From: Rhizobium sp. Q54
GTDB lineage: Bacteria; Pseudomonadota; Alphaproteobacteria; SMXS01
NCBI GenBank assembly: GCA_945907245.1
Contig: CAMDTB010000003.1
Location: forward strand, 1,457 to 65,456
DNA: 64,000 bases
Direction of reading: 5' to 3'
Shown here one piece after another: positions 52,135-60,453 of the stretch (the stretch's first letter is position 1; every line of letters starts with the position of its first letter). The translations under genes were made by a program, and so were the position numbers. Under the pieces are notes generated by a model. It did not search any database and was not told where the DNA came from. It was given only the letters and a program-made list of their open reading frames with translations.

Positions 52135-52210
52135 GGGCGAATAGCTCAGTTGGTAGAGCGCCACGTTCACATCGTGGATGTCGGGGGTTCGAGTCCCTCT
52201 TCGCCCACCA
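52135..52210 (+). tRNA. tRNA-Val (anticodon CAC)
   Basis: Hand-folded cloverleaf:
- acceptor GGGCGAA/TTCGCCC
- D arm GCTC-AGTTGGTA-GAGC
- anticodon arm CCACG-TTCACAT-CGTGG
- T arm GGGGG-TTCGAGT-CCCTC
- encoded CCA end. Confidence 0.95.
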
Positions 52211-52344
52211 CGCTTCGCCCTTACGGGCTTCGCGTGGCGCAGCCACGGGAAACCGTTAGGCCGAAGCAGTGCCCGGCGTAGCTGTAAGCGAAGACGGGCC
52301 GCCCCTCAGGACTACCTCCGAAAACACCAGCTTCAGTCCGCCGT

Positions 52345-52581
52345 CTAAACCTGCACCAGCCTTGCGTGCCTGGCCTCGATCTCGCGGTTGCAGGCGTCAC
52401 AGGTCACCGGCCAGTCATGGGGCTCGGTGGCGAGCGGCGGCGGTTGCTGGCCGCAGAGGGTGACCGCGACGGGTACCTTGCGGTCGCCGACCTTGAGCCA
52501 CTCGCATTTGTGGACGATGCCATCGGCATCGGCCCAGACCTTGTGAGCGCGGTGGTCGTCTTGCCTGGCTGCTTGTGTCAT
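52345..52581 (-). CDS. Hypothetical small Cys/His-containing protein
   Basis: 78 aa. AGGGGAGAG SD lies before the ATG. The HKC...LCG...CDAC spacing suggests a small metal-binding fold. Confidence 0.45.
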   Translation of the reverse strand: MTQAARQDDHRAHKVWADADGIVHKCEWLKVGDRKVPVAVTLCGQQPPPLATEPHDWPVTCDACNREIEARHARLVQV

Positions 52582-52699
52582 GTCTCTCCCCTTTCATGAC
52601 GGCCTTCAACGTTAGACCCGTTTCGCGCCGCATGCCAGCCGGTCCCTCACCCCGGGAAATTCGCTACACTCGCGCCGGACCGGAAACGGGGAGGACCAG

Positions 52700-52870
52700 A
52701 TGACCTTCGAGCAGATGCGCGACGAGTGGGAGATCCAGAAGCTGTCGCACCGCTACGCCCAACTTGTCGACCGCGGCGACAGCAAGGCCTAGGCCGGCCT
52801 TTTCACTCCAGACGGCGTGCTGCGCGTCGGCGACGGCATGGAGGTCGGCCTCGACGTCATCGAAGGCATC
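52700..52870 (+). pseudogene. Remnant of a SnoaL/NTF2-like gene with an in-frame TAG (52790-52792) and a lost C-terminus
   Basis: GGGGAGGA SD plus ATG 52700, then MTFEQMRDEWEIQKLSHRYAQLVDRGDSKA*AGLFTPDGVLRVGDGMEVGLDVIEGIPG. This is the typical N-terminal helix pattern of the family, but it decays after about 60 codons. Confidence 0.4.
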
Positions 52871-52923
52871 CCGGGCGCCAGATCAGGCGCTATGCGCTGG
52901 GAGCCATATACTGAACCTACCCG

Positions 52924-54117
52924 TTACCCCCGCGGCTTCGGCCCCAGTTCCCACAGCGCGCGGCCGTAGTTTTCGGCGGCTTCTTCCCACACCAGCGACA
53001 CGTGGGTCACGCCCACATTGATGTCGCGCTGGAAGCGCTGGATCGGGTTGGCGAGGTACACCGACGTGGCGCCGGCCATCAGGGTCAGCTTGTAGGCGAC
53101 CTGGCCGATCAGGCGGGCCACATAGGCGGCGTCGCGGTGCGAGAGATAGGCGTCGAGCGCCGGGTTCGGCGCGCCGCCGGCCTCGGCCCACTTGTTCAGT
53201 TCGGCCATGCGGTGGCGCATGATCAGGGTGGCGGCGTGGATGTCGGTCAGGCACTCGGTCAGCTTCATCTGGTTGGCGACCCGCTCGACCTGCACCTCGC
53301 CGGTGAACAGCGCCTTCTTGCCGACCAGGGTCTTCTGCACGGCGGCAGCCATGCCCTCGGCCATGCCGATCAGCGCGGCGGGGATGCCCCAGATCGCCGG
53401 CCAGCCGAACGGCAGGCGGCCCATGGGAATGCCCAGCTCCTTCATGCCCGGGCTGTTGCCGGTGGCCAGGTCCATGATCGACACGCGGCGGTGCGCCGGC
53501 ACGAACACGTTATCCAGAACAATGTCCTTGGAGCCGGTGCCGCTGAGGCCCGAAACCAGCCAGTCGTCGATGAAGGTGATGTCCTTGCGCGGGATCAGCA
53601 TCCAGTCGAAGCAGGTCGGGCTGGGCTTCATGATGATGAACCAGTCGGCGAAGTCGCAGCCGGAGGAGAACTTCCAGCGGCCGGTGAGGCGGGCGCCGCC
53701 GTCGACCTCTTCCATCTTGCTGTTCATGGCGAAGGACGCGGTGGAGCACAGCTTGTCGTCGCCGCCGTCCCAGTATTCCAGCTGCGCCTCCATGGGGAAC
53801 AGGCTGGCCTGCCAGGTGTGGATGACGAACAAATTGGTCACCCAGCCGCTGGAGCCGCAGGCGCTGGAAATGGTGCGGATCACCTCGACGGCGGTGTCGG
53901 GCGCCAGCTCGTAGCCGCCGAAGCGCTTGGGCTGCAGGATCTTCGGGAAGCCGGCGGCGCGGAACTCGGCCACGGTCTCATCGGGCAGGCGGCGGTTCTT
54001 CTCGGCCTCGGCGGCGCGCTCGCGCAGCGCCGGCAGCATGGCCTCGGCGCGGGCGATCATGTCTTCCTTGGTCGGCGTGTTCGATTGCAGCTTGTTCGCG
54101 TCGACATTGATGTTCAT
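52924..54117 (-). CDS. Acyl-CoA-dehydrogenase-fold flavin-dependent monooxygenase (group D type)
   Basis: 397 aa, inner ATG MNINVD. N-terminal helical, middle beta (GGARLTGRWKFSSG) and C-terminal helical domains, as in HpaB-C2/DszC/HsaA-like oxygenases. Confidence 0.65.
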   Translation of the reverse strand: MNINVDANKLQSNTPTKEDMIARAEAMLPALRERAAEAEKNRRLPDETVAEFRAAGFPKILQPKRFGGYELAPDTAVEVIRTISSACGSSGWVTNLFVIHTWQASLFPMEAQLEYWDGGDDKLCSTASFAMNSKMEEVDGGARLTGRWKFSSGCDFADWFIIMKPSPTCFDWMLIPRKDITFIDDWLVSGLSGTGSKDIVLDNVFVPAHRRVSIMDLATGNSPGMKELGIPMGRLPFGWPAIWGIPAALIGMAEGMAAAVQKTLVGKKALFTGEVQVERVANQMKLTECLTDIHAATLIMRHRMAELNKWAEAGGAPNPALDAYLSHRDAAYVARLIGQVAYKLTLMAGATSVYLANPIQRFQRDINVGVTHVSLVWEEAAENYGRALWELGPKPRG

Positions 54118-54309
54118 GGCATCTTCTCCTGCGTATGAGCAGCCCGGTCGCACCGACCGCATTCATCATCCCCTAGACCGTCTAACCCGAGCATTGCGAC
54201 AAATCAATCATCACCGCCGAAATTAACCATCGGACGTGTCGGATTCCCTTTGCAACGGCGCGGCCGAGCGGGAATGATCGCGGCGAAACTCAGTCCTGGG
54301 GAGGAACCA

Positions 54310-54378
54310 ATGTCTCGGCTCGCACGGCGCGCAGCGCCTTCGGATTCGGCCTGTCGCCGCGCGCGGTGCGCGCCATGA
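54310..54378 (+). CDS. 22-codon upstream ORF translationally coupled to the ATP-grasp gene (speculative)
   Basis: GGGGAGGA-aacca-ATG, then MSRLARRAAPSDSACRRARCAP. Its TGA (54376-78) overlaps ATG 54375 of the ATP-grasp gene, which has no SD of its own. Confidence 0.25.
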   Translation: MSRLARRAAPSDSACRRARCAP

Positions 54379-55667
54379 AGGTCGGCTCGTTCTTCCCCGA
54401 CCGGCCGTTGCCGACGCTCTACGCCATGGCGGCGGACGACCTGCCGCTGCACTTCAACATGGACGAGCTGACCGACAAGCAGAAGGCCGACCATCACGAG
54501 CAGAACCAGCTGCTCGCCATGCTGCAGTCGGCGCTTTTGTCGATCAGCAAGCCGGCCGACTACGTGGCGCTGTTCGACGCATTCTCGCGGGCGCCGTGGG
54601 ACGGCTTCCTGCGCAACCAGCACGCCATGGCGGCCAAGGCCGGCGCCGAGATGGTGCCGCTCGACCATCTGCTCTACGCGCCGGTCGAGACCTATTACGA
54701 GACCATCGCGACCCAGCTGCCCGACGTCGAGCTGCTGACCCTGCTGATGATGAGCCGGTCGAACCTGGTGCTGCACAAGGACGACCGCGCGATCGAGCGC
54801 ATGCTGAAGCTGAACTCCAAGTTCCACTTCGCCGAGAACGCGCCGCTGTTCGGCATCCCGACGCCGGAAACGATCATCGCCCAGCAGCCGCTGAAGGGGA
54901 ACAACCGGGTCGAGGACTTTTTCGCCAAACACGAGAACCGGATCATCCTGAAGATGACCGGCCAGCCCGGCGCGCGCAGCGTCAAGGCGGTCTCCGACAC
55001 CACCGAGGCCGACGACTACCTGAAGGACTACCGGCCGACCGATCCGGTGCTGGTGCAGCAGCGGCTGCAGCTGGAGAACTACGAGGAGTGGACCGCCGAC
55101 CTGATGATCACCGAGGATTCGGTGACCCTCGACAACGTCCGGCGCATCCTGGTGACCGACGGGCTGTGGATCGGCAACTTCATCTATGCCGATCCGCCGA
55201 TTACCGACTCGCAGAAGGCCGAGCTGCTGAAGATCGGCGCCTATGCCCGGAAATTCGGCTTCGGCACCAAGACCGGCGATTGCCTGGGCATCGACTATTT
55301 CATCGGCAAGGACGGCGAGGTGCTGATCACCGAGATCAACCCGCGCTGGACCGCCGGCCTGTTCCCGACCCAGGTGCTGCGCCGGGTGAACAAGGCGCGC
55401 CGCGACGCGGTGCCGTATTTCGAACTGGTGCGGCTCGACGACTACGAGAAGTTCCAGGCGTTCTGCGCCCGCAACCTGCCCAACAATACCGACGGCCCGT
55501 TCGCGGTGATGCCGCTGGGCTTCTCGCCCTATGAGCGGGAGATCGACGGCGTGAAGCGGGTGTTCACCTGGATGGTGGTGATCGGCGACTTCCCCGCGTT
55601 CCGAAAGGCGGCTAAGGAAGTGCTCGGCGAGAGCGGCCTGCCCAACGGCGACCTGGTGCCGTTGTAA
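54375..55667 (+). CDS. Stand-alone ATP-grasp domain protein of unknown specificity
   Basis: A helical N-terminal half is followed by IILKMTGQPGARSVKAV...VLVQQRL...LGIDYFIGKDGEVLITEINPRWTAGLFP. GTG 54366 is an alternative start. Confidence 0.7.
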   Translation: MKVGSFFPDRPLPTLYAMAADDLPLHFNMDELTDKQKADHHEQNQLLAMLQSALLSISKPADYVALFDAFSRAPWDGFLRNQHAMAAKAGAEMVPLDHLLYAPVETYYETIATQLPDVELLTLLMMSRSNLVLHKDDRAIERMLKLNSKFHFAENAPLFGIPTPETIIAQQPLKGNNRVEDFFAKHENRIILKMTGQPGARSVKAVSDTTEADDYLKDYRPTDPVLVQQRLQLENYEEWTADLMITEDSVTLDNVRRILVTDGLWIGNFIYADPPITDSQKAELLKIGAYARKFGFGTKTGDCLGIDYFIGKDGEVLITEINPRWTAGLFPTQVLRRVNKARRDAVPYFELVRLDDYEKFQAFCARNLPNNTDGPFAVMPLGFSPYEREIDGVKRVFTWMVVIGDFPAFRKAAKEVLGESGLPNGDLVPL

Positions 55668-55668
55668 G

Positions 55669-58293
55669 CTAGGAAGCCGCTTTCGCCCGATTGCGGACCC
55701 GGAACCGCTCGACCTCCTCCAACGCCCTGTGGCTGTCGAAGGCGACGGCGACCAGCAGGTCGCCGGGACGGCCGTCCTCCATCATGGCGGTGATGGTGTC
55801 GCGCCCCTGCTCGTTGACAATGGCACGCTCGGGCACGACCGCCGCGCGCAGCCCCTCGGCGATCACATTGCCGACCTCGCCGGAACGGCGGCCGCGCAGT
55901 TCGGGAAAATCGGTGAAGTAGTAGCGGTCGAAATGACCGGCGGCGGCACAGCCCAGCGTCCGCAGCCAGTCGTCGCTGCGATTGCCCGGCGCGCTCAAGC
56001 ACAGCATCCGTGCGCCCTTCACTTCCTCGCCGGCCAGGGTCTCTGCCATGTCGCGCATGGCGACCTCGCCGTCGAGCCACTGCAGCAGGAAGCCGAACGG
56101 CAAACCCAGGATCCGGTTGTGCCGCCCGGGATTCTGCGCCGGATCCGACTGGAAGGTCGTCAGGGCCCGAATGATGGCGCCGGCTGGCATTCCCATCCCG
56201 CAGGCCATGCCCGTCGCGAACATGGCGTTGGTAACGATCGCGCGGGCGCGGCCGTCCAAGGCGGCCGGGATCGCCCCTACCGGCAACTCGAATACCGACG
56301 TATCGCCGTCCGCGACGCGGATGGCTCCGTCGTACAGCGTCACGGTACGGCCGCCATTCGCCCGGTGCGCGGCAATCTCCGGATGGCCCGGATCGCGGGC
56401 GACGAGGGCGATCCTGGCGCGCGTAATCTTGCCCATGGCCAGCACCAGCGGGTCCTCGGCATTGAGGATCAGCCATCTGCGGGCGCTGCGGGCCAGGACC
56501 GCCTTCACCGCTGCGAGCTGCTCGCGCGTCGCGATACCATCCATGCCCACATGGTTGTCGTGGACGTTCAACACAGCCGCAACGTCGACGCCTTCGAGAG
56601 TCATGCCATGCTTGAGCATGGCGCCGCGAGCGAACTCGAACACGCCGGCCTTCACCGCCGGATCGGCCAGCAGCCGCAAAGCCATGCCGCCGCCGGAGGA
56701 GTCGCCGGAGGCGAGCCGGTAGCCACCCGACCACACGCCCTGGCTGGTGCAAAGGCCGGTATGGAGGCCCGCCTCAGACGTGATCCGCGCCAGCATCTGG
56801 CAGGTCGTGGTCTTGCCCATGCTGCCGGTGACGCCGGCGGTCGGGATTCTGCTGGGCGCGCTCTGGGGAAACGACCGGCGAACGATGGGCGTCACTACAT
56901 CCTGGTCCGGATTGGCGATCCAGTGCGGCCTTAGGCCCGCCGGCGCGTTCAGTTCCAGCACCCATCCACCCACCTCGCGCCAGGAGCGGGAAATGTCGGT
57001 GGTGATGAAATCGACGCCCGCCACACCCATGCCAATCGCGACCGCCGCGCGCTCTGCCGCGGCGCGGTTGTCAGGGTGGACGATGCCGGTTACGTCCACG
57101 GCAGTGCCGCCCAGCGAGATGTTCGCCGCCAGCGTCAGCCAGACAGTGACGCCGTTGGCGGGCACCGAGTCCAGCGTCAGCGACTGGCGCGCAAGCTGAT
57201 CCAGCAATGGCGGCCCGACAGCCACCCGCTCCATCAGCATTTCGTATGGTCCGCCGCGGCGCGGATCAGCGTTGAGCCGGTCAACCAGCGCCGCGACCGT
57301 GCTCTCGCCGTCGCCGGTCACATGCGCGGCGAGTCGCTTGGCCGCGGCAATCATCCTGCCGTCGACGACCAACAGCCGGTGATCGTCGCCCTGCGCGTGG
57401 GCTTCGACCATGACCCGCCTGCCGTCAGCGGCGGCCCGGCGATAGGCCTGTCGGATATCGGTTTCGGACTTCAGGTTCACGGATACGCCGCGCCCCTTGC
57501 CGGAATCCACCGGCTTCACCACCACCGCGCCGCCGATGCGGGCCGCCACGGCGACCGCCTCATCCTCGCCGCGGACCAATTCGGAACGCAGCACCGGCAC
57601 ACCCTGATAGGACAGCCATCGGACCGTCGCGTCCTTGTCCCGCGAGAGGAGATGGCCGACGTGATCTGCGGGCTCAAGCACCGTCTCGAAGGCGAGCCTC
57701 CTGTGGACGCCCTCACCCAACTGCAAGCGGGGGCCCGGAAGCGGCAGCCGGTAGACCGGAATCCCCAGTCGACGCGCCGCCCGGGCGATGGCGATGCTGA
57801 GCATGTCGGGCGCGGTGCGGCGCGCAACACGGATGAACTCCGCGTGATGCCGGACGATCCGCTCCGCCCCATCCCGATCCGCGCCGCCGCGCAACCAGCG
57901 CGCCAGATGCAGCGCCGCATTCCACGCCGCAACCACGACGCTCTCGTCGTCTGCAGGCACCAGCACCGTCAGCTCGAGTCCGGCGCTGGAGTGCCGCACT
58001 ACCGCCTCGCCGGGCCACAGCAGATAGGGCTCCTGAAGATGGGCCGCGACGCTCGCGGCGAAGCCGATGGCACCGCCAGGACCGTCCCCGACTCCCTTGG
58101 CAGCGGCCTCGGCAAGGCCGAAGCCCGACGGCTGCGCCCTCAGGAAGTCGAGTGCGCCCCGGTCCAGCGCCAGCGCCTCCGTCATCACCGTGTCGTCACC
58201 GTCTACCTCGATGCGCAGACACAGCACCGTCCGGGACGCCATCAGGTTGGCTCCCTTGAGGAACCGGCTCCCCTTGATCCTGATCAGCGTCAC
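55669..58293 (-). CDS. Cyanophycin synthetase-like amide ligase (N domain + ATP-grasp + Mur-ligase domains)
   Basis: - ATP-grasp block: VVVKPVDSGKGRGVSVNL, HRLLVVDGRMIAAAKR, ANISLGGTAVDVT, VLELNAPAGLRPH.
- Mur-ligase block: GVTGSMGKTTTCQMLA, NVHDNHVG.
- Start is ambiguous. GTG at 58291-93 keeps the CphA-like N-terminus IRIKGSRFLKGAN. ATG at 58240-42 has the better SD (AAGGGAG, 8 nt).
- The 999-aa ORF-track version is an over-extension. Confidence 0.8.
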   Translation of the reverse strand: MTLIRIKGSRFLKGANLMASRTVLCLRIEVDGDDTVMTEALALDRGALDFLRAQPSGFGLAEAAAKGVGDGPGGAIGFAASVAAHLQEPYLLWPGEAVVRHSSAGLELTVLVPADDESVVVAAWNAALHLARWLRGGADRDGAERIVRHHAEFIRVARRTAPDMLSIAIARAARRLGIPVYRLPLPGPRLQLGEGVHRRLAFETVLEPADHVGHLLSRDKDATVRWLSYQGVPVLRSELVRGEDEAVAVAARIGGAVVVKPVDSGKGRGVSVNLKSETDIRQAYRRAAADGRRVMVEAHAQGDDHRLLVVDGRMIAAAKRLAAHVTGDGESTVAALVDRLNADPRRGGPYEMLMERVAVGPPLLDQLARQSLTLDSVPANGVTVWLTLAANISLGGTAVDVTGIVHPDNRAAAERAAVAIGMGVAGVDFITTDISRSWREVGGWVLELNAPAGLRPHWIANPDQDVVTPIVRRSFPQSAPSRIPTAGVTGSMGKTTTCQMLARITSEAGLHTGLCTSQGVWSGGYRLASGDSSGGGMALRLLADPAVKAGVFEFARGAMLKHGMTLEGVDVAAVLNVHDNHVGMDGIATREQLAAVKAVLARSARRWLILNAEDPLVLAMGKITRARIALVARDPGHPEIAAHRANGGRTVTLYDGAIRVADGDTSVFELPVGAIPAALDGRARAIVTNAMFATGMACGMGMPAGAIIRALTTFQSDPAQNPGRHNRILGLPFGFLLQWLDGEVAMRDMAETLAGEEVKGARMLCLSAPGNRSDDWLRTLGCAAAGHFDRYYFTDFPELRGRRSGEVGNVIAEGLRAAVVPERAIVNEQGRDTITAMMEDGRPGDLLVAVAFDSHRALEEVERFRVRNRAKAAS

Positions 58294-58440
58294 CTCCTCG
58301 TCCGACCGCCAGGCTCTGGACGGATCAGGGCAGTATCGGGACTGCGGGCCTGGCGCGCAATCACAGACGGCCGGTGGCGCGCCGGACGGAAAACTGCTAA
58401 CCGTCGGGGAACCTTCGAAAACTCCGAGGAAGGCCCCCTC

Positions 58441-59172
58441 GTGACCTATTGCCTGGGAATCCTGCTGACTTCCGGCCTTGTCATGGCCGCCGACTCGCGG
58501 TCGAACGCGGGCATCGATGATTTCACCAGCGTCTACAAGCTGGACCTGATCGACGTCCCCGGAAAGCGGGTCATCGTCATCCTGTCCGCCGGCAACCTGG
58601 CGACCACCCAGTCCGTCATAACCCAGTTGCGCGAGTACTCCGACCATGGCGGACCACGGGACCTGCATAAGGTCAAGACGATGTACGAGGCGGCCAAGGC
58701 TGTCGGCGACACGTTGCGCGAGGTGATCGCCCGCGACGGCTCCTACGTCGCGCCCTATGGCAGCGCCGCGGGCAGCTTCATCGTCGGCGGCCAGATCGCT
58801 GGAGAAGCGCCGCGGCTGTTCCAGATCTATACGGCGGGGAATTTCATCGAGGCATCGCCGCGGTCGCGCTACCTGCAGCTTGGCGAGACCAAATACGGCA
58901 AGCCGATCCTGGACCGGGCGCTGCGGTTCGACAGCCCGCTGGACCAGGCCGCCAAGCTGGCGCTGCTATCGTTCGACGCCGCCATGCGCAGCGACCTGTC
59001 GGTCGCCATGCCGATCGACATCCTGCGTTACGAGGCGGACAGCTTCTGCAGCACCAACCGGGCGTCGCTGGAGAAGGACGATCCGTACTGGAGCGCCCTG
59101 CGCACGGCCTATGGCGACGGGCTGGCGGCGCTGGTCGAACGCCTGCCGCCGCCGCCGGACTGGAGCGCCTGA
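58441..59172 (+). CDS. Anbu-type proteasome-like Ntn peptidase
   Basis: GAGGAAGG lies 7 nt before GTG 58441. The product (M)TYCLGILLTSGLVMAADSRSNAGIDDF...VIVILSAGNLATTQSV... is 243 aa, with Thr immediately after the initiator. It is hidden in the tail of ORF 57076..59172. Confidence 0.8.
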   Translation: MTYCLGILLTSGLVMAADSRSNAGIDDFTSVYKLDLIDVPGKRVIVILSAGNLATTQSVITQLREYSDHGGPRDLHKVKTMYEAAKAVGDTLREVIARDGSYVAPYGSAAGSFIVGGQIAGEAPRLFQIYTAGNFIEASPRSRYLQLGETKYGKPILDRALRFDSPLDQAAKLALLSFDAAMRSDLSVAMPIDILRYEADSFCSTNRASLEKDDPYWSALRTAYGDGLAALVERLPPPPDWSA

Positions 59173-59215
59173 CGCGGCGCTGGTAGTCTGGCACCCACCA
59201 GCAAGGGAGCCGCCC

Positions 59216-59659
59216 ATGACCGCCCGTCCCATCGTGGTTTCGCCTGCCGATTATGCCCGCCCGCTCGACGTGGTGGGCGAGCACATCACCGTGCTCGCTT
59301 CGCGGGCGGCTACCGAAGGCTATGAAATCTTCCTGCAGGAAGGCCCGGAAGGCAGCGGCCCGCCGCCGCACAGTCATGGCTGGGACGAATCCTTCTTCGT
59401 CATCGAAGGCACGGTGGAATTCGGACACGGCGACGAGCAGCTGAGCGCCGGACCCGGCACGCTGGTGCACCTGCCCGCCGGCACCACCCACTGGTTCCGT
59501 TTCGCCCCCGGCGGCGGCCGGATGCTGAGCATCAGCGGCAACGGCAGCAACGCCGCGCGCATGTTCACCGCGATGGACGCGGAAATTCCCTCCGGCGCGC
59601 CCGACATACCCAAGGTCGTCGCCGTCGCCCGCCGCCACGGGCTGACCATCGGCGAGTGA
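59216..59659 (+). CDS. Cupin domain-containing protein
   Basis: PPHSHGWDESFFVIEGTVEF...GTLVHLPAGTTHWF two-motif cupin. AGGGAG lies before the ATG, 43 bp after anbu. Confidence 0.75.
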   Translation: MTARPIVVSPADYARPLDVVGEHITVLASRAATEGYEIFLQEGPEGSGPPPHSHGWDESFFVIEGTVEFGHGDEQLSAGPGTLVHLPAGTTHWFRFAPGGGRMLSISGNGSNAARMFTAMDAEIPSGAPDIPKVVAVARRHGLTIGE

Positions 59660-59758
59660 CTGACCGCGTATTTTGCGTATTGCGGGAACTCAGGTAGCCC
59701 GATGCGCATTCCCTGTTCTGCGCCTTCGATATCAAGGCGGAATGAAAAGGGATCCCGC

Positions 59759-60211
59759 ATGGTTCAGAAAAGTTTGACGGCGATGGGCATGCTGCTGCTG
59801 GCATGCATGGCCACGACCGGTGCCGGCGCAGCGCAGCCTGCGGCGAAAGGCTATTCGCTGACGGTCGAGGTGACCGGGGCCAAGGAGACCACCGGAGTCG
59901 TCAGAGCCGCGTTGTTCAACGACCCGGCGGCGTTCCCGGACGGCAAATTCAGCCAGGACGCGGCGGTCCCGCTCAAAGGCAAGAATTCGGTGCGGCTGGT
60001 GTTCAGGAACCTGCCGGCCGGCACCTACGCGATCAGCCTCTATCACGATGCCGACAACAACGACAAATTCGGCAAGACGCTGGGCCTTCCCAAGGAAAGC
60101 TACGGCTTCTCGGTGGTCAAGGACGCGGTGTTGTCGAAGCCGGAATTCGACGACGCCAAGTTCGAGGTGAAAAAGAACACCTCGATCACCATCCCGCTGC
60201 TGGGGCCGTGA
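59759..60211 (+). CDS. DUF2141 domain-containing secreted protein
   Basis: Signal peptide MVQKSLTAMGMLLLACMATTGAGAA. GVVRAALFND...YAISLYHDADNNDKFGKTLGLPKESYGFS. Confidence 0.7.
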   Translation: MVQKSLTAMGMLLLACMATTGAGAAQPAAKGYSLTVEVTGAKETTGVVRAALFNDPAAFPDGKFSQDAAVPLKGKNSVRLVFRNLPAGTYAISLYHDADNNDKFGKTLGLPKESYGFSVVKDAVLSKPEFDDAKFEVKKNTSITIPLLGP

Positions 60212-60453
60212 ACCGGGATCAGCCCCCGAATTCCTTTCGACCTTCTTCGAGCAGAACGTACCGCTCCCGCGGCACGCCGGCACGCCGGCACGCGGTTTCT
60301 GCCCACGTTCTCCACCCGCATCCTTGCAAAACAATCACGGTTGCATGATCCTTCCCTTGGGGAGACTCGCGTGCATAGCCGGACGATTCCGTGCGGCGTG
60401 GCCGATCCCCGGCGGCGTGAGCGACCCGCTCCGCCCGGCAAACGGAGGGTGTC

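Noticed and set aside
52211-54162. Intact integrative element at tRNA-Val
   Set aside because: No integrase, excisionase or visible att direct repeat lies within the window. Only the shift in gene content and the pseudogene debris support an old insertion.
57076-58440. Upstream 455 codons of the 698-aa ORF containing Anbu
   Set aside because: It is antisense to the CphA-like gene and Arg/Pro/Gly-rich. Anbu-like sequence starts exactly at GTG 58441, which has a good SD.
58294-58668. N-terminal 125-codon extension of the CphA-like ORF (the 999-aa version)
   Set aside because: The extension runs antisense through the first 75 codons of the Anbu gene and has no CphA-like sequence. CphA-like similarity begins at IRIKGSRFLKGAN.
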